A DNA stretch of 63,828 nucleotides, the filler included, from Rozella allomycis CSF55 (Eukaryota): NCBI GenBank assembly GCA_000442015.1. It is 9 parts of 9 records of this genome, joined end to end, with 100 filler letters (N's around TTAATTAATTAA, not from the genome) between each part and the next. Parts side by side here need not be neighbours in the genome. Positions count along the whole stretch, not along the records: positions 1 to 1,738 come from KE561289.1; positions 1,839 to 9,262 come from KE561296.1; positions 9,363 to 30,023 come from KE561297.1; 6 more parts are not named here. One strand, written 5' to 3'. A program made the translations under genes and the position numbers. Positions 1 through 10,070 of this stretch are shown here, in pieces; position 1 is the stretch's first letter, and every line of letters begins with the position of its first letter. A model generated the notes under the pieces. The model made no database searches and was not told where the DNA came from. It worked only from the letters and a program-made list of their open reading frames with translations.

Positions 1-10
1 ATTTGGACTG

Positions 11-220
11 ATGGCTGAAATAGCCTATGGAATAACAAATTTTCGTAGTACTGAATTCAATGCACTCTTCGCGATTAATGGAGTAGATGCATCAATTAAA
101 TTGTTTGAGGTATTGATGATTATGTCACTTGGTTTTGTGCCCAGTTTGTTCATTGTTTTGATTTTTCAGGATACGGCATCATCAAATCAACACAAAGTAG
201 GCGGGCAGTTCAATATATAA
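11..220 (+). CDS. 3' end of an unknown multi-pass membrane protein (partial, window edge)
   Basis: Hydrophobic ORF tail; the stop overlaps an AT-rich AATAA tract. Confidence 0.35.
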   Translation: MAEIAYGITNFRSTEFNALFAINGVDASIKLFEVLMIMSLGFVPSLFIVLIFQDTASSNQHKVGGQFNI

Positions 221-238
221 ATAATTTTATTTTAAGAA

Positions 239-1058
239 TTAATATTCAATATCGCTATCTGACACGTCTGTGTCAGGTAAATGTAATTCATCTTCCTTCA
301 AATCTGATTTGATCATTTGGTACTTTGAAAGTGCCCATTCAACATCTATGTGACAGAAATTATTTTCCTACTTTTTGCTTTACAGGATTTCCCGCCAAAT
401 TCACTCATGCCAATAATTTGGTGCCTTAGATCACCTTCTCTGTATAGCAGAATTGTGGGAACATTCCTGTCAGGATAATTTGGAATGCAGGATGTAGATT
501 CTATTTTAACAAATTTTGTTGCTTTGAANCGTGGGAACATTCCTGTCAGGATAGTTTGGAATGCAGGATGTAGATTCTATTTTTACAAATTTTGTTGCTT
601 TGAATTTTTTTGACAGCGTGTTGAGAATTTCTTCTAGAAGCCTTGATTCGTGTACACGAAATTAAAAATGAAAACGTCATTTACTAGTCTTTTTTTAGAA
701 GAACCACTACTGGTGCTCTATTACTTTCTTCTGTTACATGCCTAATGAAATCAGGTTTAGATATCTCAATAACCTCTCCATATTTTTCGGTCTCGGCAAG
801 TTTCTTCAATTCTTGAATTCGCTTCTTTCTGGTTTAATATTTTTTTATTTTATACCTATATTCTTCCATAACTACCTCGTCTAACTCGTCTTCTAACTCA
901 TCTAATTCATCTAGAGTCTTCTGCTCCATGATTTCCTTTTCCTTGGCATCAGCCGCTTCTTGCGCTATTCGAATAATTTCTTCCTCTTTAATTTCAATTT
1001 CTTTGGGTGGCAAGATTCCCTTTCGACGAAGAATATCATTCCATTCTGTGTCCTCCAT
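239..1058 (-). CDS. PDCL3: Phosducin-like protein 3 (Plp2/VIAF), CCT co-chaperone
   Basis: [20 protein letters not shown] and [25 protein letters not shown] motifs; three short introns, one ending in CG (657-684); assembly duplication around n529. Confidence 0.9.
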
Positions 1059-1147
1059 GTTATCCCAAAAACTAAAAAGTCCAAAATGGAAAATTCTGAT
1101 ACTGGATACAGAAACTAATGTTTATTTAAGTGATAGAATTATGTGAT

Positions 1148-1738
1148 TCAAGCGTTTTGATGAATAATTTTGCTTAAAAAAGTAGTGAATTCAGTATTCA
1201 ATATTGTTTCATCTTGTAGCACCGGTAATTGTGAAAACTGTTTTGCTTAACACTACGCTTATATTATCTTACGTAATTTTAGATTCTTTTTTGACTCTTG
1301 ACGTCCAACAAAACTTTGCGCCACTATGAAAACCCTTTCGATATCAATGCCGTAGCGTTTAATTATTAGGTTATACCATTGACCAAATACAATAAGTTTT
1401 ACCAATATTCTAAATCAGTTTCAAAATTTGTAGTCTTCCCATCAATTACTAACAAAATGCCGTCGGCTCTATTCTTGCACATGGTTAACCATAGAGAGTT
1501 TAGGGCTGGATCACAATTACAGTCCCATAATTCAACATTGATACGATCCATGCTATCTTCCTTCTCTATGTTTCTTTCAAATTCCATAATGCTGATGTGA
1601 CCGCCATATAGATGTTACCGAACGGTTTTGGTAGATGGTTGATATATAGGCTTTTCTTGAAAGGAATCACTTATTGATGCAAGGTAATTGGAAATAGTAG
1701 TTTTTCCTGAACCTTTGGGCCCTACCACAATTATCTTA
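1148..1738 (-). CDS. IFT22: Intraflagellar transport protein 22 (RabL5 GTPase-like), 5' end in gap
   Basis: KIIVVGPKGSGKTTISNYL P-loop, RIMEFE, VELWDC, DGILLV; three 26-27 nt introns, one ending in TG. Confidence 0.8.
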
Positions 1739-1941
1739 NNNNNNNNNNNNNNNNNNNNNNNNNNNNNNNNNNNNNNNNNNNNTTAATTAATTAANNNNNN
1801 NNNNNNNNNNNNNNNNNNNNNNNNNNNNNNNNNNNNNNTTACCAAAGTGTCGTACGAAAAACAAAAATCCAGCAGTTCTACGAGCGAGGAAACCATAAAA
1901 ATTTAGTGGCTTGGGCAACATTGAATTTTATTTGTTATTTT

Positions 1942-2578
1942 TTAGTCTTTGGTTAATGAATTTAAATACTGATCATCTTCTTTTCGAACTTGTAAGAGTA
2001 GTCTCTCTGCCTGACCAGCCTGATCATAATAAAATTTGAAAACAGGGCTTCTTTTAATGTACATTTTGTTACTAACGATGAACCTGATTGTTTTGATGCT
2101 TTCATCTAGAGAATTTTGAATGATGTCCTGTATGTGTTAGAATGCTAGGCATTACTCTTGGGATGTCTGAGTCATCGTGTACAAAGTAACCCACCCTACA
2201 GCTTTGCAGATTTCTAGATATGGATACCTAATGCGATAGATGCAATTTGTTTTACCTATTGTGATTGATGCAGCGATAATACTTGAGTGATTTCCCAGAC
2301 TGGTTTAGCGAGAACTTCCATTGATTTTTGAGTGAACGTAGTTTGAGGGCTATAAAAAATGAATTCAAGATGTTTTTTTATTTCAGCTTGAAATCGTTTT
2401 TGGCGTACACTTTCAATTTCATGTTTGTTTGATTCCAAGTTGAATTTTTTACTGGAATGAAAGGAAATAGAGTTTACACTGAATAGGATTTGGTAGTGTT
2501 GGAGTATAATCTTGGGGAGAAAAGGGAATGAAAAGAGGAAAATGGGAAAAGAATGGATTGCCTATTTAAGTAAGACAT
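1942..2578 (-). CDS. RBFA: Mitochondrial ribosome-binding factor A (RbfA-like)
   Basis: Spliced product: presequence-like MSYLNRQSILFPFSSFHSLFSPRLYS, then RQKRFQAEIKKHL, EITQVSISRNLQSCRVGY, IRFIVSNKMYIKRSPVFKFYYD (RbfA pattern). Introns 2452-2477, 2256-2282 + 2228-2255, 2128-2155. Confidence 0.7.
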
Positions 2579-2596
2579 GAGAAGACCCTGGCATAC

Positions 2597-5189
2597 ATGA
2601 CCTCAGAGAAGCAGTTTAAAAATATAGTTGAGAGTTTGGAGAATATGAATTATAAGCAAGCGTTGAATTTGTGTAATAAAAGCTTGAAAAAGGATAGCAA
2701 GAATAATAGGATGTTGATATTAAAGGCGTATAGTGCAGCTAAAGTTGGCAAGGATGATGAGGCTGTGAAGGTGTTGGAGAGTATTCCTTTGGAGGCTGTG
2801 GAGGATGCGTATGTGATGCACTATGTTACAGTTTCATGCCGAGCGTTATCTAAGCCAGATTTGTTGAGTAAATATACGCAATACCTTTATGAAAAAAACA
2901 GCAAGGATGAGGAGCGAGCAGCGCAACATTTTTCGTCGCTTGTGCGATTGATGGATTTTAAATCGCAGCAGCAAGTAAGTTAAATTTAGACTATGGAATA
3001 GCTTGCGTTGAAGATGAATAAAACATTCAAGGAGCCAAGGTATGTGTATTGGATGATAGTGAGTGCCTTTTTGCAGAGTGAGAGTAAAGAGTCGATTGGG
3101 GTACAGTTGGCAGAGAAGATGTTGATGAAGTTGTTTAATGAAGGCAAAGTGCAAAATGCAGAAGGTAATTAGCGATTGATGAGAAATAAAGAATTTGGGT
3201 TGTTGCTTCTTGTGTTGGAAAAGATTGGCAAGTATGAGGAAGCAATGAAGTTGATTGAGAGTGAAAATGGATCTAAGCTATTTGAAAGCCAGGGGTTAGA
3301 AATAGAAAATGAAATGAGAAAATTTGAGTATTTGATGCAAACAAAGAGATATGAAGAGTTGTTTAAGAGGATTGTAGAGAGGATGAATGAAATGAGGAGT
3401 GAAGAAGAGTAAGTGATGTGATTGTGATTAAAAGGGTTGAGCAATGGACTATTTATTCTTATTTACTAAATTGTGTTTCAAATGTGAAAGAGAAAGAAAA
3501 AGAAGCGAAAGAAGTTTTAGAGGATTTAATTACGAAATTTCCTAAAGCGAGAGCACCATTGTTGGCCAAAATTGAATTTTGTAGTCTTTATGAAAGAAGT
3601 GAGTTTGTGAAGAGTGTTTTTGAATATTTGAAGGTTTATGGAGCGAAGCCATTTTGTTTTTATGATTTGAAGCCAGCGATTGTGAATATGAGCGCAGAAG
3701 AGAAATCAGAATTTCTTGAAAGGTTGAATTTAGACTTGAAAAGGGAAGAAGAGAGAGAAGGGGTTAAGGGGGAAGAAGTGAAAGGGGAACTAGTGAAGCA
3801 TGAAGATGTAAGTGAGCCTACTGTAGCAGATGAACCTACTCCTACTGTAGCAGGTGAAAGTGAGCCTACTGTAGGAGGTGAAAGTGAAACTACTGTATCA
3901 GGTGAACCTACTCCTACTGTAGAACCTACTACGGCTACTGAAGCTTCTGATGTCACAACTGTTGATACCCCTAATGAAGCTCAAAATGAAATTCAAATAT
4001 TTTGTCAAAAGGCCATGCTGGCTATCGCTGCAGAAGTAGATCCAGAAATTCTATTAAATAAATTGCAAAAATTGAATGTGAATGAAAATGAAGATTTAGC
4101 CACAATCTATTTTTTTGCTAAATTTAGAAATGGAAATTTAAATGTAAAAAATTTTGAATTGTTGAATGAATCTACCAAGCCACTAAGATCTATGAAAAAA
4201 TTAAATTTTTATTCAAAAATGATCTTGATTAGATATTATGCATTGATTGGCGATTACAAGAAATCTTATTCTCTGTTTAAAGAATTGGAAATCAAAAACA
4301 TTCAGCTGGACGCCCTCAGCTATTTGATCAGCGACATTATTGTTCATTTAGATCCATTCGACTCTGCTGAATTCTGTAAAAATGCTTTGGAAATTTACAG
4401 ATCTAATGACGCTGAAACCCCTGAATATATTATGAATGCTTATCTACAAGGGTCATACACCAGGGTGTTTGATTTCACTGAATTCTATTTTCATGTTGAA
4501 ACTTCAATCCAAAGAGAAGTCCTCGCCAGACAAGAATTAAGATGCAAACTAGTCCATGAAAGATCTCTAGATGAATTAGAAAAACTCTTGGCCCAAGATT
4601 ATCCTCTACAACTCTCCTACCAGGGTAATGGAAAAATAGATCTAAAATAGATGAAAATTTAGCACTTCTCACAGACACACGTGATTTAATGGCCTTTCCA
4701 AATTATCTACCAAATCTAATCTCACCTCTAATTTCCACAAAAGAAGTTTCAATCGAGTGGCTTAAATACTACGCCATCATCTTTCAATTGTTGCATTTCT
4801 CCATTGTAAATGACTCTGATAAACTAAATGAATTCAATTCTCTTCTCATTCAATTAAACTTTAGCCACTCTCAAGTATTCCCTTTAAATTAAATTCACCT
4901 AGTTCTTCTCAACTGTATTCGCTTATCGGTTGGATGAAAACGCTCTCATCGCTGAATTTCCATCTGCTGAAGATTCAATCGACTCTATTGAAGTAACGTC
5001 TTCTTTTTCAATTAATAGATTGTCTCTACCATTCTTTTGGCTTTAAGAGAAACAATCAAATCAAAATTATCGCCTAGAAGAAAATCTTCCATTCTCTCTT
5101 TACTAGACAAATGCAAATCATTCTTGCCAAAAGATTCACATCGTCATAAATGGATCGATTTCTATCTCAAACAAATTCAGTCTCAATAA
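2597..5189 (+). CDS. NAA25: NatB N-acetyltransferase auxiliary subunit (Naa25/Mdm20)
   Basis: N-terminal TPR-like region, DFKSQQQ, YGAKPFCFYDLK, ELEIKNIQLDALSYL; six canonical 26-28 nt introns. Confidence 0.9.
3808..3935 (+). repeat. Coding minisatellite (AGTGAGCCTACTGTAG / GAACCTACTCCTACTGTAG units) inside NAA25
   Basis: Encodes SEPTVADEPTPTVAGESEPTVGGESETTVSGEPTPTVEPT. Confidence 0.8.
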
Positions 5190-5424
5190 ATTTATACTAT
5201 TGTATTTTAAATATTTTAAATATTCTTTTTTAGAAAAGATAGCAATGAATATTCAAATGTCTTAAATGTATTACTCCTTCAGCTGAATATGTTTCAGTCA
5301 AATATAGTTTGCAACGATGAAATCATTGAAAAAATACTTTTTATTCAACTGCTAAATAAAGAATCAGCCATCATTAAATTGTTAAATGCTTGTATAGCCC
5401 AATAGTTTAAGAATTTATGCTAAC

Positions 5425-5672
5425 CATTTCTATAGGCATAACTTTGATCTACTCTTTCATCTGCAAGCAATAATTCAACAAAATCCGCATGACCTTTGTA
5501 GGAATCTCACTTTATACCATAATTTTTATTGGCACTTGGATCTACTCTATCATCTGCTAGCAATATTTTAACCACAGCCGCATGACCATTACGTGATGCC
5601 CACTTTATAGCATAGTTGTCATTGGCACTTGGATCTACTCTAGAATCTGCTAGCAACAGCTTTACAATGTCG
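5425..5672 (-). pseudogene. Ankyrin-repeat gene relic (LLLADxRVDPSA family)
   Basis: DIVKLLLADSRVDPSANDNYAIKWASRNGHAAVVKILLADDRVDPSA, followed by in-frame stops. Confidence 0.75.
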
Positions 5673-8600
5673 TGTGCCACCTCCCGAAATCTACCTTCAA
5701 AGCATAGTCTTCGTTCACCGATGGATCAAACTGAGTGTCATTCTTAAAACTATAATTATGCCTATTTGTGATTCCATGTTGGCACGCAAACTGAAATGCA
5801 AAGTTCATCTCCTGTTAGGAAATTACATTTTGGTTGAGGAAGTGCATAAAGTAAACGAACCTTTCCCTGTTTCTCCTAATTCCTAAAGGAGAAAATATCC
5901 GAGCAGACATTCACAAGCCTCCATGTGCCTGTTTTTTCGAAATTTCGTAATCCATAACAGTATTTAGTTTTCATAGTTCGACAATTGTTTTCGTGTAAAT
6001 GTGGCAAAGACGCCTATTTTCAACTTTGATTCTAGGGTTAAATCCAAATTGAGTTCAAATAATGATCCGTATTCATTTTCACGAAAGCCTCTAGTAGAAT
6101 ATCTGTGCCTAAACTGACAATACATTCATTCCCCTTTTCATTGATTTTAACACCTTTCTTTATAAGGTATTGTGTTTCGATCACAATGTTACATTGGCAA
6201 TCAGGGACATAGAGAACTCCCCCAGCGATCTGCCTAAAACCTGACCCGTCACACGTTCTTTAAAGCCTGATGACACCCCTATGCGTGATCTTCAATTGGC
6301 AACCTCGATTTTTATTGCCACCAGACTTTCAAGAATCACTTTGTTTCCGCTCGTGTGATTAGTTCTGGCTCACGAAAATTTGCAAATTGTACCAAGTGAT
6401 CTATACGCACGACAATGGTAGCAAGAAAGACCAATTCTCTCGTGTTAGTAATTTCGCGATTACCTGATGACATTTTTGGGCTTCCGTCATTGGCACTCCT
6501 GTAGCCGCTCTTTTTTCCAAAACTGACCTCAGTACACTTAAGACCTTTACCTATCACCATTATCGGTGAGCTTAATTTGTTCCAATTTTTCAATTAACGA
6601 ACTGTAATATTCGGAATCAGTCCTGTCGTTATACTTTTTCATATCTTCCCAAAGTTGTTTGGCATTGCCGAGCGTGCCCTGCTACTATAATAAAACTGAT
6701 CGTCGCTTGACTATGCGCAGAAGATGTCCAAAGAATTTTCCGTTGGTCATTCTAACACGTTCGAGTCTGCTAGAAATTTTCTCCCAGTAGTTTTTGCTCA
6801 TAAGTCACCCAGACGTGATAGTTGTCCTAAGTTGTCCTTTTGCCAAGATTGTGTACTGTGCGTTGATGTTGCGTTTCGCCATGCCGGGACTCTGAATGCT
6901 TTAAGAAGAGATTTGATTGGGGCGCGGTCAACAGATATCTATTTTATTAAGGATATTTGTCTGATTGGTTAGCTGCATTCACGTTTGTTTTTCTTCGATC
7001 CCTGTTACGATTCGTGCTATTCATAGAAACTGTGCTTTTTCTTAACAAGCGACCTGTATAAAACGCTTGCGGAACTTCTTGGGTATTTGTACGACGCTGT
7101 GTGCCCAACCAAACAGATTATTTAAATCACGGCCAGTATATGCACGCAACTAGCGTAATGCATTGCCAACGGTGGATCGATATCGGCCATCTACCTACAT
7201 CGGCCTATACAATGTTGCATATCTATCATTGGTTAAAGCCTGACATGCGTTTGTAAAAAGGAACTACAAAATGTAGTAATTGATAACGGACATTATCAGC
7301 AATTAAGTTTTGTAATATTCAATCTCAAACAATCTATAACCTATATAACCTTAGATGTCCGAAAATACTTATCCTCATTGAAAATTTATCTATAGAGACC
7401 CTGAAATAACAAGTGTCAAGCATTCACATTCTCCATCGAAATGTCACATAGGTGGCAATCATCCCTGCGGGCATCGATCGAGGCTAGATGGGGAAAAAAT
7501 ACAATGAAACTAACTGTAGAGTACAAACGCAAACTACGATGGAAACTGCGCATAATATGCTTTTGGATGGCACTGTGAAGTTTACCAGTGAAGATAAATA
7601 GTTTTAGGCGACGGTAGCAAAAGGAGATAATTTGGCAAATGCATTTTAACAGGCCGTGGTAGTTTTGAAAGGACTAGAACATTGAACCATGCTTCTAAAC
7701 TTTATTGTCCGTGAGTGGAAGCCGTTTCTGGATCTGTTTTTGTAACAATGGCAAACATTGCAGAACAAGACGCATTTCATATCGTGAATACCAAATGAAT
7801 TTAAATTTAAAACCTTATTACCATTTAGCAAGTGCTATAAGAAATGAGAACAAAAGTCTAAATACTCAAAAACCACGCAAACATTCAAAGTTCCCCATTA
7901 CCGTAATAGTGCCTATAAATATGGAGAAATCGTGCAGCAAAGATGATCACAATCTTGCTTATATATGAAGAAACCTGTTAAAGGGATACAAATTTTGCTA
8001 ATATACATGGGTGTTGCTTTTTTACTAAAGCGACAAAACAAGTGCAAAAATAACAGTGTAAGATCACAATACTCCATAAAAACAATTGCTACATTAGTAA
8101 TGATTACATCTGCAGTTGGTTGATACAAAATGGATTATAATCCGGAAATTAGATTTACAAACACCTGGACTGCAATGCATTAAGCGAACGTATAACAGTA
8201 CTTGTAAATGATATTTATCGATTATGAATATACGCTAGCAAGCTTCCAAAATCTAAACGGGCGCCGTTTTTTGAAAATATGAATTCTCTCCGTATTTATA
8301 TATGTATATGTATTTGTAAATTTCATTTAGAAAGTTTAAACCACACAAATCCACACAATGCATATATGTTCCAATGGTCCTATATAGTCTTGTGTTTAGG
8401 TTGCTTACCTTTGGATGAAGATGGATTTTTAGGATTTGAGTGGGTTAAAATGCCAATCGGACAAACAAAATATCTTTGAATTGCGTTTAGCATTTTGCGA
8501 AAAATTACGACGGCAAATACCAAAGACCAAGAATTCAAGAGCCTTTAAAACCGAAATTCAGGTTTTCCGTTTGACGCAACACCCAAAATTTTGCATTTCT

Positions 8601-9963
8601 TGATAAGTTCAGAGCATTTTGGAGATTTTCATGACCTATGTTCATATGAATAGGCGACACGGATGTCCAGGAACCAACGCTATATATTAAAAATATCTCA
8701 AAACCTATGACGAATTGAGCATAAATATTCAGGCGACATTTGCTTTTCATTCACTTAGACCCTTCAGTTTACTTTACGCGTTCATAAAGACATGTCGGAG
8801 TTCAGTATTAAGCTAAACTCGGACTCAATATGCATCGGATTCTAATGTGGGCTGGACGATTAACCAATTCAAATTAACAGATACCGGAAGATAGAAAATC
8901 GCAGATTGACATTAAGGCATAACATTATTAAGCAAATTTTACAGCAAAGTTGGGTTTTTAAAATTGTGTTCTTTTTTTTTAATTATTGAATCACGAACTT
9001 CTTTGCTGTGACGACTCTAAATTGAGTTGAATGGCACATTGAGAACTTTTTGTTTGCTGTCAAACAAACACGCACATCGCAGTTATATGAATCGTGCTGC
9101 GTTGGAACATCTTCACTTGATCCAATGTCTTTTGTTGGGCATGCCAAGTTTTGTTTCATAATCGACATTCAAACTCAATAATAAACTTGAATTTATTTAG
9201 CGCCTTTCAGTTTAAACTGCTTGTGACTATCAAACCAATCAATTTTCATTTCTTTCGGATATNNNNNNNNNNNNNNNNNNNNNNNNNNNNNNNNNNNNNN
9301 NNNNNNTTAATTAATTAANNNNNNNNNNNNNNNNNNNNNNNNNNNNNNNNNNNNNNNNNNNNTCTGAAATGGCAGATCTACAACTGGTAAAGGATTTAAT
9401 AACCCTTAACATTTATATCTTTTCATGATTGAACCATTGACTTTTTAGAAATGTTCTACTGAATTCAAATGATAATAAAGTCAATTCAAATACCTTTCTT
9501 ACCGTTAGATTTAATGAATTTCATTTAGAAAAGTTTAATCTGAAAAATGGTAGTGGGGACAATGGATCACAATGTTATAACTAATAAACCTCTCTCAACA
9601 GAGATGTGGCATGTCTGTGGATAGGAATCAATTAATGCTCAGTTTCCCCTTTAAATCTCCTAAATGCATTTTAATAAAATCAATAGATCTATTCGAAAAA
9701 TTAAAATTGTTTTAAACATAATCAATATGTAAAGAAACATATTTAAATCTATCCCGTGAACATAACGTTCGAGGAAACATTACATTATTGCTATATAATA
9801 CTACGTTTTGCGCTGCATGTAAAGCCTTATCATGGTTTTCTAATGTTACATATGCTACCAACCCTTTCATGACCAGTTGCTCAATTTCGCCAGCAAAAGA
9901 ACTTCCCAATAAACAATTTTAATGATTCAAATAGTGTTCCGGCTTACCACCTACGGTAAGTTT

Positions 9964-10046
9964 TGTTAATACAAGGGTATTCGCTTACTGTCATAAAAGG
10001 CACCCATGTAATAAATTTTCTTTATTTCCTTTAAAAATCTTTAATA
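9964..10046 (+). repeat. Copia 5' LTR (83 bp, TG...TA)
   Basis: Matches 18223-18304 with 4 substitutions and 1 indel by eye. Confidence 0.92.
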
Positions 10047-10060
10047 CGTTATCAGCACGA
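10047..10060 (+). promoter_or_regulatory. Primer-binding site CGTTATCAGCACGA
   Basis: Directly after the LTR; reverse complement TCGTGCTGATAACG resembles the tRNA-Ile anticodon arm. Confidence 0.7.
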
Positions 10061-10070
10061 TCCACGAATC

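Noticed and set aside
455-606. Tandem duplication in PDCL3, and similar ones at n21075, n22398, n26440 and n18622
   Set aside because: Each is centred on a single n, indicating unmerged overlapping contig or haplotype ends
1739-1838. TTAATTAATTAA flanked by N runs, repeated at every large gap
   Set aside because: Artificial six-frame-stop scaffolding spacer, not a biological repeat
9712-9909. 65-aa ORF next to the MITE as a disrupted host gene
   Set aside because: No recognisable motif, and rejoining the empty site did not give a convincing continuous frame
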